A DNA stretch of 64,000 bases. Source: Octopus vulgaris (lineage: Eukaryota). Location of the stretch: assembly GCA_951406725.2 (NCBI GenBank), contig OX597817.1:92876001-92940000 (forward strand), in the 5' to 3' direction. A program made the position numbers and the translations under genes. Below, one piece after another: positions 11,811-25,769 of this stretch. The notes under the pieces were generated by a model, which did not search any database, had not been told where the DNA came from, and saw nothing but the letters and a program-made list of their open reading frames with translations. Position 1 is the stretch's first letter. The number at the start of each line of letters is the position of its first letter.

Positions 11811-13518
11811 CTAGCATTATGACCCGTCGTTGTCGGGTCATAGTGCTAGTGCTTGTATATCTGTGTATATATATGTGTACTTATTACATGTACATCTATA
11901 TATATACATCTACACATAAAATACAAAATACAAAGGTATATCTTGATATCGATAGTGATAACAATACTCAAAATATATAACAGACTGGAATTGTAGGCCC
12001 GTCTCTTGCAATTTCGATCAATTGTATCTTGTCCTCCATCTTGTATAGAAGTATGGCTACAATACAGCCTACCTGTTCTTCTGGGGGACATTTTAAACTT
12101 TTACCCGGGACGTCCTACGTCCCAGATATAAAAGTAAAAATAAAATATTTCCACTTTGCAAGGTTCGAGTCGAGCAGTCCCTTGCACGCTCCGTTGACTC
12201 GAACCTTGCTTCTATTGTGGCGAATTTTCCGCCTCTGGTTAAATATCTTTCATAGTCGCACCAAGACACTATTCGATGGTGCTTTCCTCCAGGTGTTCAA
12301 ATCTTTTTTCTCTCTACATTGTATACTTTATAGACAATAGTCTTTTCTTTAATTTAATTTTAATTTTTTATTTCGTTTGGTGGTGTTATCCTAGATTCAC
12401 CGTCTTTGTCGGTGATCAATCCGAAATAGGTTTGTATTTCTTCCATTTTAATTTTAATGAGTTCGCACCCGCCGACAGCTGCAGCGAAATTTATTTTTGG
12501 ACTTTCTTCTATCGAAGGCATTCTATCAAAAATGCTTCCGTATAAACAGTGAAAATATTGTCAATTTCCCCAAACAGGGACACAATTCAATTTTTAAACA
12601 ATAACCAAAGCTCCTTCTCCCAAAGGGGGAGGGTTACAGTTTACAATTATTTAACAAATGCAACACAATAACGTTTCCCTTACGAGGAACCAACAAACGT
12701 GATAACAATAGTTAAACAGTAATAATAATAACAATAAACCTTACGGTGAATCAAAAAGCAGTACTCAGTTGAAGCTATAGTCCTTTATGTATAAGAAATA
12801 AAACAACAGCAGTACTCAGTACAAGCGGTTGTTCGAGAAAACAGACATTACATACAGCCAAACTTCATATAGATACTTAATGCTAGCTAATTAGCAGGTA
12901 ATCTAATGTAAAAGCCGTGGTAAACGGTATGTGCACAGCTCCATCTGGACTATTCCATTTCTGCACGCTAATTTTATTTTCAATTTATTCCCATTCATGT
13001 GAAACCACTTATTCAAGTTCAAGTCATTGATGCAATTTTATACTAATTGCTCTTTTTACTTTTGTTATGTTACGATTTTATTATACTTTAGTTTTATTTT
13101 AATTATTACTTACTACATATAATTCAATTGTTATTATTATCTCTAATTTTATTGTTAAAGTGAAAGTATCTGACATAAAATAGAGAGATGTTTTGTTTCA
13201 CTTTTAACGCGTAATACTGAAATAGTGGAGAAGATATGATATTGCTATGAGCTCGCGCTAGGCAAGAAGTTGAACATTTTTTTGCCCATGAAACTACATG
13301 GACCCTAAGTAAAGCATGTGTTATATTTGAATGAAATTGGTTGTGTAGTTCTCAAGTTTTACGGAACCGTAGTGGTGAAGATATGATATTGCTGTGAGCT
13401 CGCCCTAGGCAAAAAGTTAAAATGAAATTGGTTGTGTAGTTCTCAAGTTTTAGGGAAACACACTGACAGACAGACCGACACACACACACACACATTCTCA
13501 GTTTTACATATATAGAGA
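11811..13518 (-). mobile_element. Non-autonomous Helitron-like element containing a LINE 5'/ORF1 fragment
   Basis: Minus-strand 5' end A|TCTCTATATATGTAAAACTGAG at 13518; 3' hairpin GACCCG..CGGGTC then CTAG|T at 11814-11810. Confidence 0.6.
11980..12830 (-). mobile_element. L1/Tx1-like LINE 5'UTR and ORF1 N-terminal fragment
   Basis: Homologous to 18330-18666 joined to 20170-20600 (e.g. GCAAGGTTCGAGTCGAG, CCCAAACAGGGACACA); lacks the MITE insertion. Confidence 0.8.
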
Positions 13519-13845
13519 TATAAAGGCAAATTCAAAGAGGCAATTGAGAGTATTATTCCATACCTGCAGCTGTGTCAGAAAAGTTTTAACGGTTTTCTCC
13601 AGGTAAAATCCAGTATTGGTGGCATAACATTGTGACAATTCGACTTCTCCGATGTATTTCTTTATTAACCTATAATGGTTTTACACAGAGGGAACATTAC
13701 AAGGACAGACAAGGGACATTCAAAGTACACTCTCGCTTCTTACATACAGTGTAAAAAACCGGATGGATTTACATATATTGTGTATGAGGATTAAAAATAT
13801 ACATATGAACGATGATCGGATGAGTTTTGGGTCCGGGTTAGTGAG

Positions 13846-16800
13846 TTAACCCACCGGTTGGTATTTTGGTATTTTTTTCCTTCCTTTCATGCTCCGACCG
13901 ACCGTGCAAGCACAGCCTCGTGCATTCTCATCTTTCTTACTACTGTCGTCCATCATTTTCCAAACTCGCTTTGCGGCAGTCTCCTCCCCTCCAGACAGAT
14001 GGGCAGCGAAGTAATTCACCAACCCACGTCCGGAGATGAACTGACCTGTCGCAATCCCTTTTGCTCGCGTCTTCCATACCACATCTTTCAGTATGGTTAC
14101 TACGCAGAGAAAGGCTACCTTCTTTTCTTTGGTGAAAGAGGAAGGTGGTACAATCTTTATCATGGACTCGAACGAGAGCCGTACTCTTTCCGCATCCGAC
14201 AACAGCTGTTCGGCAAAGGCCATCAACTCCCTCAACTCCTCACAGTGTACGAAGGCGTGAGTAACCGATTCACGCAGGGGAGATGTCAGTACCATGCCTT
14301 CACAACCTTTCCCGAGCCAGTAAAGCCGATCGGTAGCACAGCCAGGTCAAAGATTTCTGGTAGTTATCCAGAAATCTCGACCCGAAAGTCCTTCCGAACA
14401 GGTCGGTTAACTGCTTCTCGTCGAAACCCAGAGTCTCCGCCAGGACATCGTCGGATTTAAGCTCTACCAACCCGCTATAAAAATCCGCTGTGGTAACCCT
14501 ACTGCTAGCATTGCTCACCTGAGAGAAGAGGGATAGTGCTTGTCTGCACTCCTCCCGCCAATACCCCAACTTGTCCCCGCGTGATCCATGCACCTAAGTC
14601 CACTAGGGACTTTAACTTTGGGAAGACCCGCTCAGCATGCGTTGACCACACCTGCTCACCATCCAGGTGGCATCGGAGATGTCTCAGCCTCAGCGCGTAC
14701 TTGCGCATCATTAGCCAGGGCATCCCCAGCCCACCCTTTAACGGTTTCTGGCAACAGATGGAGCGCCTCACAACTGGATGTCTACTTCCCCACAAAAAGC
14801 GGAAAAGGATCCTCTCCAACTTGGTCAGCCACAAACCGGGGCAAGACACGACGGTTAGGCGGTAGGTTATCACCGATGCTATGAACACCTGTGCAACTTC
14901 TGCCCTTCCCAACAAGGATACCTTCCTCCCAGACCTCTTCTGGGCTATGGCTGTCACCTTGCTCGTCACCTCACTCCAGTTCTTCTCCACCTGTAGGTCC
15001 GGTCCGAACCAGACCCCGAGCATTTTAACCGGGCCCTCGGTCCAGCGCCCAACGACGCTGTTGGTAGGTATCGACTTGCCCCGCCAGGTGCCGAGTTGCA
15101 AGGCGACTGATTTTTCCTGGTTAATTTTAGCTCCTGTTACCGTTTCGTATCTTCTGATGGCGTCTTCTACCGGCGGTAGCTGCCTTTCGTCGGACACGAT
15201 GATGGGGACGTCATCAGCATAAGCCGTCACGTTTCTTCCATAACACATATCACGCGGGTCTGTCCCCATGTCCCTCAGTTTCCGCAATAGTGGCTCCACT
15301 GCTAATATATACAGTAGCGGGGACAGGGGGCAGCCCTGTCGAACCGAACGCTTGATCGCGAAGGGGTTCGAGAAGAACCCATTCACTCGGACTACTGATT
15401 CGATATTGCCATACATGGCTTTGATCCAGCCTCGGAAGGTCGGGCCGAATCCGGCCGCCCGGAGGACCGCAGCCAGATACTCGTGGTCAACCCTATCGAA
15501 CGCCTTAGACTGGTCTAAATTCACCAGTGCCCCACCGTTGCCATGCTTTTTACCCACCCGCTCTATGGTGTAGCGAATGAGGTGAAGGTTGTCGTGTATC
15601 GTCCTTCCTGGGATGGCACATGTTTGTGCATCTCCCACCAGGTCGCTCACGACAACCCTAACTCTCTTCGCAAGCACCTTGGCCAAAATCTTTAACTCTG
15701 TATTTAGCAGAGTTATGGGTCGAAACTTATTAACGTTATCCCCCTTGCTCGGGTCTTTCCTGATCAGTGTCACCACTCCTCGACTCGCAGCTTTGGGGAT
15801 TCTACCGTTCTGCTGCCAATTCGTGTACACACTGGCCAGTACATTCCCGAACAAGTCTGGCATACTACTAAAAAATTCGTAAGGCAGACAATCCAGACCC
15901 GGCGCCTTGTCCCTGGAGCACTCGGAGAGTACCTCTATGATCTCTTCGGATGTGATTGGACCTTCACAACGCTCAGCATCGCGATCCGAAAGACGCGGGC
16001 CGCCGGCCAGAAAACGCCATAAGGCGTCCCCATAGTCCAGTGTCCCACCCCTCCCGAATAACGCAGCGAAGTGCTTGTGAAAGGCCTCACATATCTCCTC
16101 TTGTCCTTGGATCTCCTGTCCGGACTCAACTACCAAAGACCCAATTGTGGCATCGATGCCACGTCGTGTTTCTTCCGAGCGAGTCCATCCAGCAACATTG
16201 ATACCTTCACGGCCCATTGCACGTATCCTAGCCCTGACTCTGCATCCTTCATGTCTAGCGTTGAGATGTCGGTCCAGAACCGATCTCGCTGCCAACACTT
16301 GTGGCCCAGAGCCCGTTCTCAGTGCCTCTTCTAATGCCTTAACTAATCCCCTTCCTACTCTAGTCTGCTCTATACTTAACTGTTTACTAAATCTAATCAA
16401 CTCCATTCGAGTGGCTTTTTGAGGCCACTCCACCACCGGTTGTTAATAAACAGATCCGGATAGTGCCCTCTTAACTAACACCTTAATCTGGCTATGGTAC
16501 GCCTCACAGGTCTATAATGTCTTATTTAGTTTCCAATAGCCAGGTCCCTGTCTATGTGTCTTGTCTATGTGTACCCTACACGTCACTAATTTGTGGTCTG
16601 AATAGGGTACATACGTGAACTGTGGGCAGCTAAAACTACTCTTATCTCTAACACTTACTATTATCCTATCTATATAAGACCTGACAGACCCGTCCTTTCT
16701 AGCCCAAGTCCACATTGAGACGTTCGGATTGTCAAGTTTATATCGATCTACCAATCTGAAACACTTCAGCAGATCAATGAGGCATGAGTCTGCTCTTCTA

Positions 16801-17272
16801 CCTTTGGAGCCAACGCTATCCAGGCGTGCATCCAGTATAGCGTTAAAGTCGCCTAGCATAACTACAGTCCTTGATGTCACCAGGAAGCTCCCAAGGCATC
16901 GATAAAAACCAACTCATTTGTCTTGAGTCCCAGGCGCGTAGATGCCAACCAGCCTAAAGGCTTCACCTCTGAACGTCAGGTCCAGAACGACCAACTCACT
17001 CTCCGGGTCCACGAAGATTGTACGTGTCTGCATGTCCGGGCTTTTTCGAATAAAGACTGCGACCTCTCTGCCCCCCCCCCCTCATGGCTAGGAGAAATTA
17101 TCTTCTCGTAGTTGTTCAGGAGGTCAGAGAAGGCCTGCAGCTTGCTCAGCCTGGTTTCTGTAGCAACCATCATATCTATACCGTGTGACCTGAGGTCGTC
17201 GAGGAGGCAGGCTTGCTTCCCCTTCGAGCCCAGGCCCCGTACATTCAAGCATGCAATATTTAACACGGTCAT
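13846..17272 (-). pseudogene. LINE ORF2 (endonuclease-reverse transcriptase), split by frameshifts; longest piece 14505-16436
   Basis: Consecutive ORF fragments 16976-17272, 16512-16880, 14505-16436, 14300-14593 and 13846-14295 carry APE/RT motifs. Confidence 0.9.
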
Positions 17273-17819
17273 TTTTACATCACAAAGGAAGGAAAATTCG
17301 AACTTACCATTGGTTAGTTATCTTCCGAGGGGAATGGTTCTCAAAATTTTTGAGATCATTCTTCCGCTTTCTTCTTTCTCGTTCAAGAAGAGTTCAACCG
17401 GCGGGTCGACCAGTTTTTTGGTCTCTTTAAGCACCCTAATGTCCTTATGGTGCAGTTTTTCTAAATCGAAATATAATATTCTGGGTATCTTGGCGACTAA
17501 AAACGGGGATTGATCATTCTTGTACACCACCGTATCTCGATGGGGTCTAATGACCCCATCTAGATAGATATTTTTTGCTTTATAGGTGACCGTTATTAGG
17601 TCATGTTTTGTGGCGGGTATGTCAATGGGGTAGTCTAAGATCCAGAAGGCGTTTTTCTTTTTTTTCTTTTCTGCTTCCGCTTTAGGGACCTTTGTTTTGG
17701 GGGTCTGAGTCTTAGTAGGGGAGTCCATTTTTTTAAATAGTTTCCATGAATATGTTTGAAAACCTTCACTTGATTCCTGTATACAGGTTTCTTGGGTACT
17801 TGTTGAGGCGGTCACTTCC

Positions 17820-18000
17820 TGGGTAACAGCCTCCCTGGCCGGGAATGCCGCCTCTTTGATAGGTGTAATCCTGGTAACGGCCTCCATGGCCGGGATTTCC
17901 ACCTCTTTGGTAGATGTACTCCTGGTAACGGCCTCCATGGCCGGGAATTCCACCTCTTTGGTAGATGTACTCCTGGTAACGGCCTCCATGACCGGGAGTC
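17820..18000 (-). repeat. 51-bp (17-aa) tandem repeat inside LINE ORF1
   Basis: PAMEAVTRSTSTKEVE(F/I) repeated about 3.5 times. Confidence 0.85.
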
Positions 18001-18666
18001 CATCTTCTTTGTCGCTTACTGCGGTTGTGTTTTGTGTTTCCTTTGCCGTGGGTGCGACCACTTCCTCCCGTGGGTCTCTAGCCTTTTTGGTTTTAGATGT
18101 CCCCTCCTGGGGTTCCATTTCCTTGGAGGGTAAGGTCGCAGTCTGGTTTTCTTTTTCAGGACACTTTTCCTTTGTGACCTTTTTTACCACATCTGAAGCA
18201 CCTAGGCCTCCTTCCTTCCATGTGTATGGACAGGCTTATGTCTTCAATACCTAATACTTCTGGTAGTTCTTCCAGATCTTTGACTGTGGCTTGGACCAGG
18301 ATCTCCAGTGTCTGGCCCCTCCCATTTTGGGGGCCGTCTCTTGAAATTTCAATCAGTTGGATCTTATCCTCCCTCTTGTACAGGAGTGTGGCCACGATCC
18401 ATCCGGCTTCCATTTCTGGCGGAACATTTTAAATTTTTATCCGGGACGTCCTACGACCCAGATATAGGGCTAGAAATAGAGTATTTCCACTTTGCAAGGT
18501 TCGAGTCGAGTACTCCCTTGCTCGCTCCGTCGACTCGAACCTAGCTTCTATTGTGGCAAATTTGCTGCCTCTGGTCAGATACCTGATATCTGCCATAGCC
18601 GTACCAAGACACTTTTCAATGGTGCTTTCTTCAAGGTGTTCGAACCTTTTTTTCCACGTTGTATAC

Positions 18667-20169
18667 GGTTAATATAGGGCGTTACGATTATCAGAAAATC
18701 AAAAAAAAAATGTGTGTAATAGGTGTAAAACAACTTGTTCTAAACGAGTATCAAGAACACACACTCACACATGAATCATAAAATCATATTTCGCAAAAAA
18801 AATAAATAAAGAGAAGAAATTCTGGAAAAAGTGAAGAAATGTTGGATCTCCGCCATGTGAATCAAAATACGTGTCAGAAACATCTTGAAATACTACAGAA
18901 ATTATGTTACGAAAATGATAATGTATACATACCTCTTTGAGTGATCCATCGATAATGATGATAAAGAAATGAGTTGGATTTGAACTCAGAATATTGACTA
19001 ACACAACTACATACTACAAGACTCAAAATATTCAGCCAAGTCACCACCCTTTAACTAGCAATAATAATAACATCAATAACATAACAGCCAAAAGATTTAT
19101 TTGTTCTGAAAATAACAATCATAGTAAATAAATATGTTCTTTAATATTCACATTCATGTGCACAGTTAAACACACTTACATACAAACAGTCACGCATGCA
19201 TAATACAGAACGGAACACATAAATGAAGGATGCATTACTTAGTATCTATTACATCTAGAGAATTTTGATTAATAAGTCAAATATGCAAATTATAAAGATA
19301 ATTAATTGCTTTACTAAACAGTGTTGTAAAGGTGAAAAAATAAATTTGGGAAAAAAATACACGCCAAAACTAATTAATAAAGGATAATTAGGGAAGGATT
19401 GACACAAAATAATAATTTTTTCTGTCTCTTTTTTTCTGATAAATGCATCTTAATAAGTGAGAAGAATTGCATATATCTGAACTATTTCAAAGAAAAGCAT
19501 AAATTTAATGTTTAAAATAGCTTTAACCAAGGAATGAGGTCCAACATTTCTTCACTTTTTCCAGAATTTCTTCTCTTTATTTATTTTTTTTTTTGCGAAA
19601 TATGTACAAAAATACGGAGTTTATGATTCATGTGTGAGTGTGTGTTCTTGATACTCGTTTAGAACAAGTAGTTTTACACCAATTACACTATTTTTTCTTA
19701 GTTTAAAGGCCGTGGACTGAAGATGTGAAATTTCCGAAGCCTCTCCCCCACCCCCTTTCGCGAGCGCGCATTTTTTTCATGATAGTCGTTTAGAGCAAGT
19801 TGTTTTACACCTATTACGCTGTTTTTGTTTTTGTTTTTGTGCCCGGTTCAGACGCTTTCGGAAATTCCCGATATAAACTTTCCGAGGCCTCTCCCCCACC
19901 CCTCTTTCGCGAGAGCACATTTTTTTTGTCATATTCGTTTAGAGCAAGTTGTTTTACACATATTACACTATTTTTTTTTTGTTTTGGTGCCCGGGTCAGC
20001 TCCTCAGACGCTTTCGGAACTTCCCGATGTGAATTTTCCGAGGCCTCTTCCCCGCCCCCTTTCGCGTGCGCGAATTTTTTTTTCATATTCGTTCATAGGA
20101 AGTTGTTTTACACCTATTACACACATTTTTTTTTTGATTTTCTGATAATCGTAACGCCCTATATTAACC
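18667..20169. mobile_element. Non-autonomous TIR transposon (Merlin-like: GG termini, 8-bp TSD) inserted in LINE ORF1
   Basis: TIR GGTTAATATAGGGCGTTACGATTATCAGAAAATC at both ends; TSD TTGTATAC at 18659-18666 and 20170-20177; ~150-bp tandem units at about 19690-20130. Confidence 0.85.
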
Positions 20170-20790
20170 TTGTATACTTTATATACAATCGTTTTTTCCT
20201 TAATTTTATTTTTGATTTCATTCGGTGGCGTTATTCTGGATTCACTGTCCTTCCCTGTGATCATGCCAAAATATGTTTGGATTTCCTCCATTTTGATTTT
20301 GATGAATTCGCGCCCGCCAACGGCTGCAGCGAAATTCATTTTTTGACTTCCTTCCACTGAAGACATTATAACACAATTTTTTCGATTATATAATACAATT
20401 TCCCAAACAGGGACACAGTTCAATTTTTACACAATAGCCACACTTCCTTCCCCCAAAGTGGAGGGGTTACGGTTTACAACTATTGAACAAATATAGCACA
20501 ACAACGCCTCCCTCACGGGAAACCAACAAACTTGATAATAATGGATGACAGTAATGATAATAACAAAATTCACGGTGAAACAAGACGCAATACTCAGAAG
20601 ATGCTGTGAAATTGATAACAGATGCGTAAGAGCTCGACTTCGCCGATGATTTAGTAATGAGAATTACTAGGCTTCAATAAGAAATTAAAACGATTGACTG
20701 GAGAACGTTTACTTTATCATGCAAATAATAGCTTATGGGAATATTCCATTATGTACAGATATACTACTATAACCAAGGAATACTTATATA

Positions 20791-21960
20791 CACTGGCGAA
20801 AATAAATTTAAGACCGATGATAAAGGTTCTATTTCTTCATTAATATAAACGTTTCAAATTTACCTGCAAAATTAGTTTAAGACCGTATCATTATAATTTT
20901 ATTTAAAGCTTAAGATTGTAGCAAAAATTAGCAACAAGAACAAAATACATATTAGTATTTTGTGTTGAAGCCTTCATTCTTAATACGCCTCGGCTTTGAA
21001 TTCGCTAAGTGATAACAAAATTCTATGGGAATGTTTTGCCATATTTTATTGATATAATCGAATAATTGTTTTAGATTAGATGGTTTTTTTAGCATAACTC
21101 CACATGTTCTCGATCGGATTTAGGTTCGGGCTCTGGGGAGGCCATTCGATTACGTCAATATTATGGTGATCAAACAATTCCATAACCTTTTTGGATTTGT
21201 TCACAGGACTATTGTCCTGCTGATAAATAGCCCCCGGGGGCATTTGGTGAGTCAAATATGGCACATTATCCTTTATTAGATTCATAAAACCTACACTATT
21301 TAGCTTTCCATCAACTTTAACTAGAGGGCCAACACCAAAGCTACTAAATGCCGCCCAACACCATCACTCCCACCCCCCGCTTGCGTCGTCTTTTTCACGC
21401 ATTTCGGATGGAATTCCTCGGTTGGGCGACGTCTGACATATGTTTTACCATCTGATCCAAATATCAGTGATCCAAATATCAGTGAGTCGTCACTCCAAAG
21501 GATGCTGCACCAATCTTCGGCTGTCCATTGAGCATGGCTTTTTGCGAAATCAAGACGTTTGAGTCGACTTTTTCGGATATTATTGGCTTTTTCCTAACGA
21601 TTCGTCCATGTAGTCCAAATTCTCTCAAACGGTTGCGGACGGTTTATGGTGTAAAAATAACACCATTCTCGTTGGACAACTGTTTACAAATGTCAACGTC
21701 TGTCAGCATTCAGTTGCCTTCCGAAAGTCGGTTGATTCGACGGTCCAACTGCGCCATCGTTTTTCTTGGGGCGCCAGTCCTTTGCCGATCTTTATATTGA
21801 CCAGTCTCCGAAAATAACTTCCACGCTTGCACGCAAGCCGTTTTACTGCACTTTAGTAGTTTGCTGATGTTCGAAAAGGAAAAATTTTGCTGCTGGAATA
21901 ACACGATTTTTGCTCTCTTGACTGAACTAAGGCTACGTTTCTAGCCCTATTTTCCTTCTT
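20791..21960 (-). mobile_element. Degraded Tc1-like transposon
   Basis: RTGAPRKT, ILWSDES, YQQDNSPV and WPPQSPNLNPIENMW (DD34E); TA|CACTGG terminus at 20791. Confidence 0.8.
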
Positions 21961-23967
21961 AGGTGGAAGGTGAAGAAATTCACCAACCCAGGACCAGAGA
22001 TAAAAATGCCTGTTATTAAACCTTTTATTCGCGTCTTTCAAACCACCTTTCTTGCAATTGCTACTTCGATGAGAAATCAATTCTTACCTTCTTTCGATAA
22101 GAAATCCGGTGGGTCAATTTTTACTATTGACTCAGTCGATAACTGTACTCTTCCTGTACTAGACAATAGTTGTTCGGCATAAACCCACACATCTGAAACC
22201 ACCGAACACTGAACAATAGCATGCGGGACGGTTTCCCTGACTCGCCCACATCTTGGACAGGTTGGTGGGTTAGGGCCACCATGATTGCGAGTTTGTCCCG
22301 GACAGGTAAGGCTCCTCGGTAACATTGCCATGCCAAAGACGTCTGGAAGTTATCCAGTGTCTTCGGCCCGAATGTACGTTGGAACAGCTGATTATTGTCG
22401 AGACCTAGGGCTTTCCCAAGCTATCGTCACATTTCGCCTCTACCAACCCTCTATAGAAGAATGTGGTAGAACCACTACCGCAGGTGTTGCCCGAGAGATG
22501 GAATATCCGAAGAGCCTTACGACACTCTGTACTCCATGTACCCAACTTCGATCTACGATAGAACCAGATCTCCAGTCCACCGAAGCAAGTGAACTTGGGA
22601 AACAACTGTTTCGCCAGCGGAGACCACACCCGATCACCATCCAGATGGAGCCACAGATGCCTCAATCTCAGCGTGCGCCTGCGCATCATCAGCCAAGGCA
22701 TCTCTAGCCCACCCTTTAACGGTTGTTGGCAGCAAATAGAGCGTCTCACAAGCGTATTCGAACCCTTCTACAAGAAGCGGAAGAGCTGTCTTTCCAGCTT
22801 GCTCAACCACGAATCAGGGCAGGGAACGACAGTTAGGCGGTAGGTGATGACCGATGCGATTAACACATTGGTCACCTCCGCCCTCCCTGGCTCACATTTC
22901 GCAGCAATGGCTCGAGAGCCATTATATACAAAAGCGGGGAGAGAGGACACCCTTGACGAACCGAGCGTTTGAAGCTGAGCGGCTAAGATAAAAAAACAGT
23001 TCACCCGAACTACCGAGTCGATGTTGTTATAAATTTCAATGATCCACGTGAGGAAGCTAATACTCAGGCCGAACTGTGCCAGAACGGACACCAGGTAATG
23101 ATGGTCTACCCTATCAAAAGCCTTTGATTGGTCTAAATCGACCACAGTCCCTGCCTTGCAAGAATCAAGTGTACTGTAGAAGATGGAGATTATCCTGAAT
23201 GGTTTTACCGGGAAACGGCACATGCATGTGCCTTCCCGATCAAACCATCCGCGACACGCGCCAATATTTTCGAGAACACTTTGGCCAAAATCTTCAACTC
23301 TGTATTTAGCAGAGTGATGGGCCGAAAATTATCAATGCAGTCCCCCCCTTGTTCGGGTCCTTTCTGACAAGCCTCACCACTCCCCGGCGCACAGATCTGG
23401 GAATGAACCCATTCTGCTGCCATTTCGCGTAGACATTCGCCAGCAAGTGCCCGAACAAGTCTGGCATATTCTTATACAGTTCATAGGGTAGACCATCCAG
23501 TCCCGGTGCCTTACCCGCGTCGCGGTGTGCCATAGCCTCAATTACCTCCTCAGGCGTGATCGGCCCTTCACAACACTCCGCTCAAGCTCCGAGAGGCGCG
23601 GCAGCCCGGCGAGGAAATCCGTTAGGTCCCTCTTACTGTCCGGTCCGCTTCACCCACCCCGAAAAGCTGGGTGAAGTGCTTCTGAAAGACCTCACGCATC
23701 TCTTCGGCTTGTTTATCAACTTACACCTTTGGTTAATCAAAGATCGAATTGTGCCATCGTTTCCACGTTGGGCTTCCACCACTCGGGCCTATCCTGCTGC
23801 CTTGATTCCTTCACAACCCACTGTACGAATCCTGGCTCCAACAATGCAACCCATATGTTGCGCTTCGAGATGCTGGTTTAACGCCAGTCTCTTGACCGTC
23901 ACCTGATCTGCAGAGCCAGATTCCATTGCTTCCTCCAAGTCCTTAGCTAATGCTAATCCCTTCCTAG
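21960..23967 (-). mobile_element. L1/Tx1-like ORF2 fragment, internally deleted
   Basis: KAPGLDGLPYE, RPITLLNTE, LDQSKAFDRVDH and CPRC..ETVPHAIVQC; paralogous to 13846-16400. Confidence 0.88.
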
Positions 23968-24244
23968 TATATCTATATATATAAAACTGAGAATGTGTGT
24001 GTGTGTGTGTGTGTCTGTCTAGCTGTCTGTCTGTGTGAATCCCTAAAACTTGAGAACTACACAACCAATTTCATTCAAATATAACACATGCCTTACTTAG
24101 GGTCCCTGTAGTGTCATGGGCAAAAAAATGTTTAACTTCTTGCCTAGGGCGGGCCCACAGCAATATCATATCTTCTCCACTATTTCAGTATTACGTCTTA
24201 AAAGTGAAATAAAAACATCTCTCCATTGTATATATATATGTATG

Positions 24245-24311
<67 letters not shown>

Positions 24312-24519
24312 CATGTATATATATATGGATGTATATATATATATACATATATATGTATACATGTATATGTATAGATGTATAGATATACATGTATATGCAT
24401 ACATGTATGTCTAGATATATATATATATAGATGTACATGTAATATATACACATATATACATGCATACATATATACACCCATACACACACCGTAACCCCCC
24501 CACACACACACACACATAC

Positions 24520-24860
24520 ATAGGTGCAGGTTTGGCTGTGTGGTAACAAACTTGGTTCCAAAACACATGGTCCTCAGTTTAGTCCCACTGTGTGGTAACT
24601 TGGCATGAGTCTTCTGCTAAAGCTTCAGACCAACCAAAGCCTTGTCAGTGGATTTTGTAGACAGAAACTGAAAGAAATCAATTGAATGTATATGTATCTA
24701 TATATGTAAGTCTATGTCTGTGTCTTTGTGTTTCTCCCTCATCACTGCTTCACAACTGGTGTTCTTTATTTACATCCCCATAACTTACTGGTTTCACAAG
24801 AACAAACTGATAGAATAAGTACCAGGCTTATCAAAATATAAAAAAAAGCACTACGCAGTG
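24520..24860 (+). mobile_element. tRNA-derived SINE, diverged copy
   Basis: Head GGCTGTGTGGTAA..CAGTTTAGTCCCACTG; body GATAGAATAAGTACCAGGCTTA. Confidence 0.7.
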
Positions 24861-24905
24861 TCTCATATTTTTGTTTGCCCACTCAGTTGTATATATCAAT
24901 TTATC

Positions 24906-24974
<69 letters not shown>

Positions 24975-25306
24975 ATATATATATATATGGATTTCGTAGA
25001 CAGGAACTGAAACAGGAACTTAGACCCTACTACATGTCTAAATACAAGGACAGAGCTTTTCGGATCATGCCCACATGTGACTAAATTTCTGTTACGTTTT
25101 TGGTCCCCTAAAGAAAACAGATAGAACATGCTTTCTGTGTTATGTCCCAAGAAGAATTTATATATTTTTATATATTTTTTATGTATTTTTATATAATTTT
25201 TATGACGAAAAATGCGAGCGATGTATAAGTACGCAGGCAAGCAGAGTTATAACAGAGTAATTTCCCTTTATTTAACGGTATTTTTTCATAACGTTTTCAA
25301 ATAGCC

Positions 25307-25369
25307 AGATAACCGAAGAGATGGTGTTGTGGATTTCCACTTCGGCATCTGAAACTCAGAGTTTTATCT
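25307..25369 (+). ncRNA. Hammerhead-like motif (CCGAAGA core variant)
   Basis: AGATAA-CCGAAGA-GATG..CATC-T-GAAAC-TCAGA-GTT-TTATCT; 6-bp stem I. Confidence 0.55.
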
Positions 25370-25411
25370 TGACTACCGAGTAATGTAACATATTGTATAT
25401 ATACATACATT

Positions 25412-25452
<41 letters not shown>

Positions 25453-25769
25453 AATATACATATATTTCCCAGATTCGTAATCCCTGTATTTTTCTACGTA
25501 GATAACAAAAAAAAATTTTTGAGAAAGTTATAAATTTAGAAATTGTGGTTTAGTTTCTGATCCTTCTTAAGAATAAAAAGCACTTTTATGTAAACTCATG
25601 TAAACTGTAGCCTCACCCTTCACTATTAAACAAAAATAACTTCCATTATTCCATTAACTATATATAAGCTGTGCCGATTCTGCCCATAAGAAAGGAGCAA
25701 ATAATACACCCGGGTAACGCCGGGATGCATTGCTAGTGTGTGTGTGTGTGTGTGTATACATATATATGT

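Larger units (their letters stand above)
13650..20640 (-). mobile_element. Near full-length L1/Tx1-clade LINE (ORF1 + APE/RT ORF2, frameshifted, ORF1 interrupted by a MITE)
   Basis: APE (LNIACLNVRGL, ETR, LGDFN, YIDRI, SDH), RT (KAPGLD, RPITLLN, LDQSKAFDRV, RQGCPLSP, YADD), C-terminal HAFVHC zinc motif, ORF1 zinc knuckle CFRCGKKGH; minus-strand AATAAA near 13660. Confidence 0.92.
23972..25736 (+). mobile_element. Non-autonomous Helitron-like element with nested SINE and microsatellites
   Basis: 5' A|TCTATATATATAAAACTGAG; 3' hairpin CCCGG-GTAACG-CCGGG (25709-25724) then CTAG|T (25733-25737). Pairing of the two ends is inferred. Confidence 0.55.
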
